The notes under the pieces were generated by a model that saw nothing but the letters and a program-made list of their open reading frames with translations, was not told the origin of the DNA and did no database searches. The position numbers and the translations under genes were made by a program. 64,000 nt of DNA from Candidatus Micrarchaeota archaeon (GTDB taxonomy: Archaea; Micrarchaeota; Micrarchaeia; Anstonellales; Bilamarchaeaceae). The stretch covers positions 640,001-704,000 of the forward strand of contig JBDRCX010000006.1 in NCBI GenBank assembly GCA_043821365.1, read 5' to 3'. Every line of letters begins with the position of its first letter. The stretch's first letter is position 1. Below are positions 49,359 through 58,932 of this stretch, in pieces.

Positions 49359-50027
49359 ATGCGTATTATCATTCTTTTACTTTTAATTGGTTTATTCTCT
49401 TTTGGTTGTATTTTTCCCCCACCTGATGGAAATGCTACAATAAATACAACAACAAATACTACAATGAATGCTACAAATAACACTACAAATGCTACAAACT
49501 ATTCTAATCTGAAATCAATTGTTCAATTAAAAACTGAATTTAATTGCGATCTTGAGGTTCAAAATGAAACTAAAATAAACAATCTTGTTGTTTGGACGTG
49601 TGCAAGACAATATTCATATGATGATTCTGACGAAGAAGGCATATATATGGTTGATGCTCATCCAATGGGTGCATGGGTCGTAACATATCTTGTTTATGAT
49701 GGTATGAACTATGTGGAAGTTAAAAAGTCAGATCAATTGACACAATTTTTTACTCCTATTGAAAGTGAAAACGAAGCTCTTACCTATACTTATTTGTACA
49801 AAGGACTTAACATGGTTCAAAGTGTCAGTGGGGCACCACTGTCAGGTTCAACAAATGCGCAAAAATCAGGTAATATTTTTGTAGTAACCATACTATACGA
49901 AGACTGGTCTATGTGTCCATGTTATGGAAGCTATTGGAAAACAGTTTATGATGTAACTAGTAATGGGACTATAACCGAGAAAACTGATGAATACGTATAT
50001 GGTTTTCAGGACAACTGTGTTTGTTAG
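49359..50027 (+). CDS. Hypothetical lipoprotein
   Basis: FSFGC lipobox; Asn/Thr linker. Confidence 0.65.
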   Translation: MRIIILLLLIGLFSFGCIFPPPDGNATINTTTNTTMNATNNTTNATNYSNLKSIVQLKTEFNCDLEVQNETKINNLVVWTCARQYSYDDSDEEGIYMVDAHPMGAWVVTYLVYDGMNYVEVKKSDQLTQFFTPIESENEALTYTYLYKGLNMVQSVSGAPLSGSTNAQKSGNIFVVTILYEDWSMCPCYGSYWKTVYDVTSNGTITEKTDEYVYGFQDNCVC

Positions 50028-50527
50028 TCAACCTCAGCAATATTGGCTACTTTCACCATTCTGTTTTCCTGATGTAATTTATCACTAATATCCTCTGGAA
50101 TGTAAATATCCAGTGTCATATCAAAAGAGTACCAGCTTGTATTTATCAATTCAGCATCTATTGGCACTATGAATGCTTTGCCAATTGGTTTTTTGCTTAT
50201 TCTAGAATAATACATTACATAATCTTCTTTTTCTACATCAAATGTCTGGAAATAAAATTGATTACCATCATTTTTCATTGTTATGTTTGCTTGTACTGGG
50301 GTTACAATATTATACCCTGGTTTGTTCATTAATATGAAATAGATGTAGTAGTCACCAGTTGTTCTGTTTTTTACCATCTCAAAATAACTCGGATAGATTA
50401 TTTTTGTCTCAGGGTTTTCAAAGAACGGTAAAGAAAATGGTTGCTCAGCAGGGTGTGCGTCATATGTTTGATTACATCCAGCTAGAAGAAATGCACCTAT
50501 AATTAGTACAATAATTAATTTCATCAT
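50024..50527 (-). CDS. Hypothetical lipoprotein
   Basis: LLAGC lipobox. Confidence 0.6.
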   Translation of the reverse strand: MMKLIIVLIIGAFLLAGCNQTYDAHPAEQPFSLPFFENPETKIIYPSYFEMVKNRTTGDYYIYFILMNKPGYNIVTPVQANITMKNDGNQFYFQTFDVEKEDYVMYYSRISKKPIGKAFIVPIDAELINTSWYSFDMTLDIYIPEDISDKLHQENRMVKVANIAEVD

Positions 50528-50549
50528 TTAGACAACTAAAATCATCTAT

Positions 50550-51389
50550 TTATTTCTTTGGTATAACATCAAGTCTTCTTCTGTCTATTTCACCTGAATA
50601 ATAAGCATAAAGGGCAAGAACGTCTGTTGCATACTGAACCTTATTCGAACTTCCATTGTAATCTTCAAACAATTGCCTAAGCCTTTCGATATCCCTGAGT
50701 TCACTTCTCTCAGTATACCTGTTCCTGTCCACTCCTTTTAGTAAAAATGTTCTTGCAGCCCAGACTGCATTGTAAAGTGCTCTCTTGTGGTAAAGATATT
50801 CCATATCCTGTCTATCAACTGTGATCCTTCCATCTGTTCTCTGGACTCGTGGGGCTCTTACTACTCCTACAAATTCCTGGCCTCCGAATCTTTCCAGTTG
50901 TTCTTGTAATTGTTCTCGTTTTCTTTCTCTGTAATCCTGGTCTGGATGCATAAGCTCCATGATTGCAGATCTTGATGTTAATTGTAATATCCCAACCCCT
51001 CCAGCTCCTGATTTGAAATCAAAATCACTTTCCTGATCACATAATGCCAGCAAAAGCGATGGTTCTAATCCATGGAGGTGGGCTGAAACAAATAGGCTTG
51101 TAACTATGTAATTTAATTTCTCCTGATTTCTATCTCTGAATTTTTCATTTATTGTTCCTATTGCTCGTTCTATGCGTGGTCCATTATCTTCAAGATATTT
51201 TTTTATGTCTGCAGGTGTTGTATTATATTCTTGAAGGATATACCCAAGTTCATATTTGAATGATTGCCAGTACATGCCCATTTTTTGTTGCAGGCTTAAC
51301 GGAAGGGTTGTTTCTATTAGTCGTGCATTTCTTTCTGCCAATGCCTCTGATGTTGCTTGCGGCGGTTTTTTAACTACTGGCGCTGCCAT
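50550..51389 (-). CDS. Lytic transglycosylase (SLT)/lysozyme-like domain protein
   Basis: LLLALCDQESDF (catalytic Glu), GVGILQL, DYNG motifs. Confidence 0.7.
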   Translation of the reverse strand: MAAPVVKKPPQATSEALAERNARLIETTLPLSLQQKMGMYWQSFKYELGYILQEYNTTPADIKKYLEDNGPRIERAIGTINEKFRDRNQEKLNYIVTSLFVSAHLHGLEPSLLLALCDQESDFDFKSGAGGVGILQLTSRSAIMELMHPDQDYRERKREQLQEQLERFGGQEFVGVVRAPRVQRTDGRITVDRQDMEYLYHKRALYNAVWAARTFLLKGVDRNRYTERSELRDIERLRQLFEDYNGSSNKVQYATDVLALYAYYSGEIDRRRLDVIPKK

Positions 51390-51395
51390 GATAAT

Positions 51396-52823
51396 CTACG
51401 CTGTTTCCGGGCCTGCTCTTTCTGTTTTTGTTCCATAATCAGCAGCTTCAGCAGCCCACCAGTTTCCATATTTTTCTCTGACTTTTTCCTCTATTGGTTT
51501 TGACTCTTTTATTGCCTTTTGAACGTCTTTTTTATCTATGAATTCCTTATTATCAGTCTTTGCCATGTCTCCAGCCATCTTTATTATCCCACTTAAGTTT
51601 CTCAATCTTAATGTGAATCCTTTTACATTGTCAATTTTTCTTGCAATATTTCTTCCTTCTTCTACAATAAGCCCAACTGCTTTTTTGTCTGCATGTGGAA
51701 TTTTGCCATCCTTTATTATCTCCTGTGCTATAAATTGAAGCAGTTTATCCTCATTTTCTTTATTGTCTTCCATGTAAGCATTCATTAGAACTTCATATCC
51801 ATCCCCTCTTATACGAGATCGTAATGGCGGGACAATTGATTTCAAATCATTGATATTGCATGCTCCTACAAAGATAAATTCACAAGGCATTCCTTCAACT
51901 CTAACAGCTGCACCACTACTCATTGGATTCCTACCTACAATGGTGAACTGTTTCTCTTGCATTGCTGTTAGTATATGTCTTTGTATGTCTCCCAATGTTG
52001 CCAATTCATCTATAAACAAAACTCCTTCATGTGCCTCGTGAACTGCACCAGGCACTACTCTCATGTATGATGCTGTGCCTAAATTTGGATGGCCACCATA
52101 TGGATCATGTCTAATATCACCAAGAAGCTCTGTTTCACTTCCTCCACTTGCCTGTACAAATGTTGGTCTTTTCAGAGGAACCAAAACCTTCCTCTTTGAT
52201 TTTCTGCTCATTTCTTCTATTTTTTTTATTTCATCTTGTTTAAGCATAAGAATTTTACCTTCAGATGTTCTATCGTAAATAATTACTTCTTCTTTACCTG
52301 TCATATCTCTTCTTGTTGTTGCAACTCGCATCTTTTCTCCATCGGAGGGGAAATTGCCCTGTTGTGCCATGTTAAAGCGTTCAAACATATTTTTTTGTGC
52401 TTTTGTAGCTCCGCATTGTGGGCATATTGATTCTGTAAATGAACTTAATGCTGAACATCTTCTACACCGAAATCCAAATCTCTCAGATACAAATGTGGGT
52501 ACGTCATATGGTCCAACTTCGGTTCCAATTTGTTTCTCCTGTTTTTTATCTTTCTTAATCTGATTTTCGTCCCTAATCTCGATTATTGGTCTTTCTGGGT
52601 TTTCAGGATTATCCATAACTGAAACTTCATATATTGGTGTTGTAAGAACACTGGCTATTGCCTGTGCTATCATACTCTTTCCAGTACCTGGCGGTCCAAC
52701 TAATAACAAGTGTCTTCTTTGGTGCGGTACCATCTTTGCAATGTCAACAGCTTCTGGTTGGCCGATTATCTTTTCAAATGGATCTTTTGGTATTACTATA
52801 TCTTTTGTTGTTTCGAAATTCAT
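51396..52823 (-). CDS. Archaeal Lon-like AAA+ ATPase lacking the protease domain
   Basis: PKDPFEKIIGQ, GPPGTGKS, GAVHEAHEGVLFIDE, LRSRIRGDGYEV; ends without a Ser-Lys protease domain. Confidence 0.8.
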   Translation of the reverse strand: MNFETTKDIVIPKDPFEKIIGQPEAVDIAKMVPHQRRHLLLVGPPGTGKSMIAQAIASVLTTPIYEVSVMDNPENPERPIIEIRDENQIKKDKKQEKQIGTEVGPYDVPTFVSERFGFRCRRCSALSSFTESICPQCGATKAQKNMFERFNMAQQGNFPSDGEKMRVATTRRDMTGKEEVIIYDRTSEGKILMLKQDEIKKIEEMSRKSKRKVLVPLKRPTFVQASGGSETELLGDIRHDPYGGHPNLGTASYMRVVPGAVHEAHEGVLFIDELATLGDIQRHILTAMQEKQFTIVGRNPMSSGAAVRVEGMPCEFIFVGACNINDLKSIVPPLRSRIRGDGYEVLMNAYMEDNKENEDKLLQFIAQEIIKDGKIPHADKKAVGLIVEEGRNIARKIDNVKGFTLRLRNLSGIIKMAGDMAKTDNKEFIDKKDVQKAIKESKPIEEKVREKYGNWWAAEAADYGTKTERAGPETA

Positions 52824-53129
52824 GATAGTATACCCCGACTAATGTTTATAATGTCTACTAAAACACATGGCTTACGCTGAAGAAATAAAATTCCTGGAAA
52901 CCGCATGGATTTCCAGGAGTGCTTTTTGGGAGGAATTGTGGCCAGCACTTGCCTTTAATTAGCATAAAAAAAAAGAAATTGCGCTAGAAGCCGGTCAAAG
53001 CCCCTAGCAGAGTGGGAGGATAACAAGTGAGAATGGATCATAAAATTGAGAGAGGCGGGAGGTAGACCCATTCTCAACCTTGCCATCAATATGAAAGAAA
53101 CCAAGGTTTCTTTCCAACTTCCTTGGCTT

Positions 53130-53558
53130 TTACTGAGGAAAGAAGTAAACCCTCTTCCCGACCTGCTGCTTTTTTAGCAGGTTCATTTCGCAAAGGCGAT
53201 TAAGCCTTGCCGATGCCGCGTTCTTACCTCGATAATTGAACTTTACTCGTACTTTTTCAGCAGTCACTTTTTCTGACTCCTTTACAAATGCGAATATTTG
53301 CTCGTCAATTTCTGATAGCGCAATTACATCTGTTTTTGACGGAGTTGCCCCCATCTTTGCATCTATTTGATCTAATTTTTGTAAGATGTTCTTGAGCAGT
53401 CTGTTTGTATTTTCTCGTTCTTCAAGCAAACGATAGGTCATTTCACCCAATATTACTGGGTCTTTGAACCTTTCCATGTACTGTTCGAGGTCATTTCGTA
53501 TTTCTTTGGTGAACGCGCTGTCAATAGATTTAAATTCTTTGTCGCTGTTGTCTTTCAT
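53130..53558 (-). CDS. Coiled-coil plus winged-HTH transcriptional regulator
   Basis: YRGKNAASARLNRLCEMNLLKKQQVGKRVYF. Confidence 0.7.
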   Translation of the reverse strand: MKDNSDKEFKSIDSAFTKEIRNDLEQYMERFKDPVILGEMTYRLLEERENTNRLLKNILQKLDQIDAKMGATPSKTDVIALSEIDEQIFAFVKESEKVTAEKVRVKFNYRGKNAASARLNRLCEMNLLKKQQVGKRVYFFPQ

Positions 53559-53804
53559 GAAGCATCACCGGTTGCGATAAAATCACGCAACTGTCATGAT
53601 ATGATCATGATACATTTATAAATCTAATTATATTGTTCTTAACGTCTAATCTTCGAGGTATTTTGATGAATCTAAAATCGAACACAATTAGTTAATTACT
53701 TCCACTTATTTTCCATAATACTTCAATTGGATTTTGTATGAATGGAGCCACGGTAAAGGTTAATTACTTAAAGTCTAACTTCCTAGCAATTTTAAGGTGA
53801 CCAT

Positions 53805-54350
53805 TTGTCAAAATTAAATTCCCTTGCAACTAGGATATGCTCTTCTTTTAAGTCACGTGATCAAAGAAAATTAAGAAAATTAAATGATGAAGTATTGAAA
53901 GTTAGTTATCTTGAATTTAATAGAATTACTTTTAATCTTGGAACTTTATCCTATGTGTTATCAAAAATAGTTTCCAAACCCAGATTTCTTAGTGTAAAGT
54001 ATTCCAGTTCATTAAAGACAATTGAAAAACAATTAGAAAAATTATCGCTTAGGATAGGTGGAGGTCAGGACGAAGAGATTCTATCTATATTTTCTGAACT
54101 TGAAAGAGCAATTGCTCATCTTGAAGATAAAGATCCACGATTTATTGTTGATCTTTTAACTAAGGGCAGATTGAAGATGGCAGCAACTTTTTATGCACAA
54201 GGAATGAGTCTCGGTGTTGCAGCAGATTCTACTGGTCTAGACAAACAAGAGATTCTTGATTATGCAGGAGAAACAATGATGTTTGATCGAATGAAAGACG
54301 AGATCAAAATCAATGAAAGGATGAAAGTTGCAAGAAAATTGATAAAGTGA
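53805..54350 (+). CDS. Hypothetical protein
   Basis: 181-aa ORF co-oriented with downstream genes. Confidence 0.6.
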   Translation: MSKLNSLATRICSSFKSRDQRKLRKLNDEVLKVSYLEFNRITFNLGTLSYVLSKIVSKPRFLSVKYSSSLKTIEKQLEKLSLRIGGGQDEEILSIFSELERAIAHLEDKDPRFIVDLLTKGRLKMAATFYAQGMSLGVAADSTGLDKQEILDYAGETMMFDRMKDEIKINERMKVARKLIK

Positions 54351-54354
54351 TTTT

Positions 54355-55035
54355 ATGGGAAGAGACATACTTTGTGATTCTGGTGCGTTGATTTCACTTA
54401 CATCTGCATGTCTAGATAATCTACTGTATTTTTTTGCAGAGAAATATCGTGTTCGTTTTATCATTCCACCTTCTGTTGAATACGAGGCAGTTCTACGACC
54501 ACTTCAAAGTGACCTGAGAAAACATCTTTTTTCAGCAATTCGATTAAAGGATGCAATAGAAGATGGCGTTATTGTAGTTGTTGATGCAAAAATTGAAGCA
54601 GAAGCGAGAAAACTGATGAATGCTGCAAATAATATGTTCTACATCAAAGGAAAACCAATCAAGCTTATTCATTATGGCGAATCTGAAATGCTTGCGCTAA
54701 CAAAAGAACTTGGTATTGATACCATCCTGATTGATGAGAGAACCACACGACTTCTTATTGAAGCTCCATTTAAGCTCAAGGAGCACCTGGAGAAGGAATT
54801 CGCAGTAAATGTCATGATAAATAAGAATGGTTTCAGAGACCTGGCATCACAAATTTCTAATCTAAAAAGTTTGAGAAGTAGCGAAATGGTGATGCTTGCA
54901 TATGAAACTGGCTATTTCAAAAACTTCCAAAAACTCCAAAAAGAAGCACTTGAAGCTGCACTTTATAAGATGAGGTATGCTGGCTGTTCAATTAGTTTTG
55001 AAGAGATCACTGACTATCTCGCAACGGTGAAATAA
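54355..55035 (+). CDS. PIN-domain-like protein
   Basis: LCDSGALI, PPSVEYE, GESE, ILIDERT acidic motif set. Confidence 0.65.
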   Translation: MGRDILCDSGALISLTSACLDNLLYFFAEKYRVRFIIPPSVEYEAVLRPLQSDLRKHLFSAIRLKDAIEDGVIVVVDAKIEAEARKLMNAANNMFYIKGKPIKLIHYGESEMLALTKELGIDTILIDERTTRLLIEAPFKLKEHLEKEFAVNVMINKNGFRDLASQISNLKSLRSSEMVMLAYETGYFKNFQKLQKEALEAALYKMRYAGCSISFEEITDYLATVK

Positions 55036-55715
55036 TGCAGCAATTTCTAGAGTCTGAACCATCTAATAAAGTTAGAATTGCAATTGATCATAGGGAAGAT
55101 CAATTGTTTGATGAGATTTTTGAAAAATATGGGGCAGAAGTAGACAGGAGGGTTCTTGAAGTTGGGGATTTTCTCTGTTCTTCTCGTTTAGTTGTTGAAA
55201 GAAAAACAAGATCTGATTTCGAATCATCAGTAATTGACGGTAGGTTGTTTACTCAATTACCAAATTTAGTAAAAAATTACGAGAGAGTTGTTGTTATTGT
55301 GGAAGGAACAATGGATGATGCGAGAATAAGCCGCAGTGCATTGATTGGAGCATACTCAGCAATCATGGCAGATTTTGGAGCATCATTGATATTTACTAGG
55401 GATAAACAAGGAACAGCTGATTTAGTCTTTAATATTGCAAAGCATGAACAAATTGCCAAGAAAACACCAATGAGGATCTATGCAAAAAAACATGCACTCA
55501 CCCCTTCACAAGGTGCGCGTGCAATAGTTGAAATGCTTCCATCTATAGGTCCAAAACTTTCAAAATCACTTCTGAAACATTTTGGCACTGTGGAAGATCT
55601 GTTGAAAGCCAGTGAAAAGGATATTGCATTTGTTGTCGGTAAAAAAAGAGCCAAAATGATCAAGGATATTATATCCTATGTTTACATTGAAGATGAAGAT
55701 AGGTCAATGTATTAA
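55035..55715 (+). CDS. xpf: Short archaeal XPF/ERCC4 structure-specific endonuclease
   Basis: IDHRE, GDF, VVERKT..DF..S..DGR; C-terminal HhH LPSIGPK. Confidence 0.85.
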   Translation: MQQFLESEPSNKVRIAIDHREDQLFDEIFEKYGAEVDRRVLEVGDFLCSSRLVVERKTRSDFESSVIDGRLFTQLPNLVKNYERVVVIVEGTMDDARISRSALIGAYSAIMADFGASLIFTRDKQGTADLVFNIAKHEQIAKKTPMRIYAKKHALTPSQGARAIVEMLPSIGPKLSKSLLKHFGTVEDLLKASEKDIAFVVGKKRAKMIKDIISYVYIEDEDRSMY

Positions 55716-55738
55716 TATTTTTTGTGTGAAGTATCCAT

Positions 55739-56629
55739 ATGCAAATCCCATGCAATGGTTTAACTATTGGTTTAGATTCTTCTAAAGGGGATATTGCATT
55801 TCTTTCGCATGCTCATTCTGATCATACAAATGGATTGAAAAGGCATAAACAAATTTTGTCAACCAAAGAAACTTTAGAACTTGCAAATCTCAATGTTGAT
55901 CCGTTTCCTCATCCGTCTGGTGTAGAAACAATAGAAGCAGGGCATATTTTAGGTGCAAAGCAATTAGTTGTTGACAATGATGGAGAAAAAATTGTCTATA
56001 CAGGTGATATCTGTGTTAAACCAAACATCTTTGGGATGAAAGCTGAAATTCCAAAATGTGATAGGCTAATCATGGAAGCTACTTACGGTAATCCTCGCTA
56101 TGTTTTTCCACCTGTTGAAGATGTTCATCAGATGGTTCACCAATGGATAAACGAAAATAAAGATAATAATCTGATTATTGGATGCTACGAACTTGGAAAA
56201 GCACAAGAAATGATCAAGATTCTTAATGAGTGTGGGGTTTCCCCTATTGTTCCTAACAAAACAGAGCATTTTTGTTCTATTTATGAAAAATATGGGGTAA
56301 AATTAGATAGAATTGAAGTTGGAACTGACGAAGCTGAAGAAACTATGAAAAAAAGTTTTGTTTCTATTGTTCCAATGAACAGAGCAAAAAGATATTTTGC
56401 ATATAAACTTGCCCAGGCTTTTGAAAGACCAACGTTTTGTGCAGTTGCAACTGGTTGGGCACTTCATCATAGGTTTGATACTGATGCTGCGTTTCCCCTG
56501 AGTGATCATGCTGATTTCAATGATTTGGTTGATTTTGTTGAACAATCAGAAGCAAAAAAAGTTGATTTCTTCTGTGGGGATGGTTCTGCTGTGCTGAAAG
56601 CCAGAAGGGGAGTTATTTTAAATAGTTGA
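55739..56629 (+). CDS. Metallo-beta-lactamase / beta-CASP nuclease
   Basis: SHAHSDH, AGHILG, YTGD, MEATYG, LSDHAD. Confidence 0.85.
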   Translation: MQIPCNGLTIGLDSSKGDIAFLSHAHSDHTNGLKRHKQILSTKETLELANLNVDPFPHPSGVETIEAGHILGAKQLVVDNDGEKIVYTGDICVKPNIFGMKAEIPKCDRLIMEATYGNPRYVFPPVEDVHQMVHQWINENKDNNLIIGCYELGKAQEMIKILNECGVSPIVPNKTEHFCSIYEKYGVKLDRIEVGTDEAEETMKKSFVSIVPMNRAKRYFAYKLAQAFERPTFCAVATGWALHHRFDTDAAFPLSDHADFNDLVDFVEQSEAKKVDFFCGDGSAVLKARRGVILNS

Positions 56630-56755
56630 CTGCACTTTTATGTAAAGTTAGACACAGCTAACTAACTAGTTATGTTTAGTGATTTTACTAAACGAATTTT
56701 CGCAAAGCGAAAATCAACTAGCTAGTTTTGATGAAACTTTTCCAAAAAGTTTCAT

Positions 56756-56868
56756 GGCCACGATAGTATAATGCCTTGAACGGCATTCAAGATTTGCCTG
56801 CAAGGCATGCAATGGTAGTATAGGGGCTTGTGGAGCCCTAGGCCCGAGTTCGATTCTCGGTCGTGGCC
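56756..56868 (+). tRNA. tRNA-His(GTG) with encoded G-1 and a 41-nt D-loop intron/insertion (about 56774-56814)
   Basis: G-GCCACGA/TCGTGGC-C; anticodon arm GGGGC-TTGTGGA-GCCCT; T arm CCGAG-TTCGATT-CTCGG. Confidence 0.85.
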
Positions 56869-56952
56869 CTCTTCTTTTTTTGGAAAAAAGAACCAAAAAA
56901 CGTTTTTGTTAAAGGTAAAGCCAAAAACTGGTTGTTAAAAAGAAGCCAAAAA

Positions 56953-57384
56953 CTATTTTATCTCAAGACCTTTTCTAATTTTCAAAGCAATTTTTTCCAA
57001 TCTTTCTTGACTTGTTTCATCAACATCTCGTGATGGTAATTTGAATCCAAATCCATCTCCCCTATATCTAGGTATAATGTGCATATGCACGTGGAAGATG
57101 TCTTGACCAGCTTCAGCACCATCAGCTAAAATATAGTTTATCCCTCTACAATTAAGCTTAGATTTCTTTAGCCCCTTACCTATCTTTTTGGCCATAATTA
57201 GCATTTGACCAACTAATCTATCATCAAGTTCTGTGAGCAAATCAGTGTGTTTTTTAGGAATTACTAATACGTGTCCTTGGTTTATTGGTTTTATATCCAT
57301 AAAAGCAAGCATATTGTCGTCTTCGTAGACTGTGGTGCTTGGTAACTTTCCCCTTATAATCATACAAAAAATACATTCTGGCAT
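56953..57384 (-). CDS. HIT-family hydrolase
   Basis: CIFC; HVHMHII histidine triad. Confidence 0.9.
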   Translation of the reverse strand: MPECIFCMIIRGKLPSTTVYEDDNMLAFMDIKPINQGHVLVIPKKHTDLLTELDDRLVGQMLIMAKKIGKGLKKSKLNCRGINYILADGAEAGQDIFHVHMHIIPRYRGDGFGFKLPSRDVDETSQERLEKIALKIRKGLEIK

Positions 57385-57440
57385 ATATATCTTATTCCAA
57401 CATACTATATAATCCTAATTAATTTATAAAAAAAGAAAAA

Positions 57441-57755
57441 TTAGTTTCTTTCTTTGAAATCCATATCTATTCCACCGCCAATACCAAGTATAATATTGTA
57501 AACAGTGGCAGTTATCACACCGAATATAAACATTACTATTGCCCCTACAACGAGGCCAACTATTCCTATACCAATCATTATTACTACACCTATGATTGCT
57601 TGAACTGGATCAACTCCTGCCATCAGACCAACTAATGCAAGTATGATCCCAACAACTCCATAAATAACAAGGCAAATTAATCCTAAAACAAAAGACCAAA
57701 TAGCCAAAAGCCTTCCAAGAGAAATAGCTCCAATGTGTGTTAAGGTTACCTTCAT
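57441..57755 (-). CDS. Small two-helix membrane protein
   Basis: Long hydrophobic helices; GGGI C-terminus. Confidence 0.6.
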   Translation of the reverse strand: MKVTLTHIGAISLGRLLAIWSFVLGLICLVIYGVVGIILALVGLMAGVDPVQAIIGVVIMIGIGIVGLVVGAIVMFIFGVITATVYNIILGIGGGIDMDFKERN

Positions 57756-57756
57756 A

Positions 57757-58932
57757 TCAAGAATAAAGAACACTAACTTTATTTAAGATATCACCAAATT
57801 TCTTGATATCATCAACGGTGTTGTAAACATATGCACTTGCACGGACAGCACCATCATTAGCATCTACTGCCTCTGTTGCAGGTTGAGCACAGAAGAACCC
57901 GCTTCTAACTGCAATTTTCTCATTATCAAGAACCATTGCTAATTCATGTGGTTTTGCATTTTTGAGATTAAATGAATAAAGTGCACCTTGTTTTTTACCA
58001 GAACCGTAAATAGTTGCACCTACTTTGGTTAGCTGATCATAAAGTTCTTTTGCTAAATTTTGTTCATGTTTTTCAACATTTTCCATTCCTAATTTGTACA
58101 AATAATCACATGCAGCAGCAAATCCAAAAATTCCAGAATAGTTCTGTATTCCAGCTTCAAATCTCTCATAATTTTCTAAACTTTCGACGTTTTTAACAGT
58201 CACTGTTTTTACTGATCCACCGCCGACATTCAATGGCTCAAGGTTATTCATGTGTTCTTTTTTACATGCAATTGCTCCAATTCCAGTCGGACCAAGCATT
58301 TTGTGGGCAGAAAAACAAAGAAAGTCAATATGGTCTTTTTTGAAATCTGTTTTATGGTGTGGAACTCCCTGTGCACCATCAACGCATATAGAAGCACCAT
58401 GATCATGTGTTATTTTTGCTATTTCTTTAATATCTCTTCCAGTGCCTGTAAAATTATTCCAATTATTAATCACAACCAAACCAGTTTCTCTATCTATTAC
58501 ATTTGAAAAATCAATCTCACCATCTTTGTTGCAAGGTGCTATTTCAAGATGGATTTTCCTCTGTTCGTTTAATCTCATAAGAGGAAGTAAAACAGAATGA
58601 TGTTCCATTACACTTGTTACTACTTTTCTTTTTGTGTAATCAAAACCATTTACAATCAAATTCAATCCTTCTGTTGCATTCCTGGTCCAGATTATTTCTT
58701 CAGTGTGCGCATCAACAAATTTTGCAACTTTCCCTCTAGCTTCATCTAATTTTTTGTTTGTCTCTCTTCCTAATCTATGCGAACTTCTTCCAGCACACGC
58801 ACCGAATTTTTTATAATATTCTAATTCAGCTTCTATCACTTGGTTTGGTTTTAACGTTGTACAAGCATTATCTAGGTATAATAAATCTTCATTGTTTACT
58901 AAAATCGGAAAATCTTTTTTATCTATTTTCAT
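57757..58932 (-). CDS. sufS: Cysteine desulfurase (SufS-like, PLP class V)
   Basis: YLDNACT, NATEG, DGAQ, SAHKMLGPTG, RSGFFCAQP, VRAS. Confidence 0.85.
   Translation of the reverse strand: MKIDKKDFPILVNNEDLLYLDNACTTLKPNQVIEAELEYYKKFGACAGRSSHRLGRETNKKLDEARGKVAKFVDAHTEEIIWTRNATEGLNLIVNGFDYTKRKVVTSVMEHHSVLLPLMRLNEQRKIHLEIAPCNKDGEIDFSNVIDRETGLVVINNWNNFTGTGRDIKEIAKITHDHGASICVDGAQGVPHHKTDFKKDHIDFLCFSAHKMLGPTGIGAIACKKEHMNNLEPLNVGGGSVKTVTVKNVESLENYERFEAGIQNYSGIFGFAAACDYLYKLGMENVEKHEQNLAKELYDQLTKVGATIYGSGKKQGALYSFNLKNAKPHELAMVLDNEKIAVRSGFFCAQPATEAVDANDGAVRASAYVYNTVDDIKKFGDILNKVSVLYS

Noticed and set aside
52960-53129. SRP RNA, RNase P RNA or SECIS assignment
   Set aside because: Signature sequences were not found and no UGA-interrupted selenoprotein is evident in the window.
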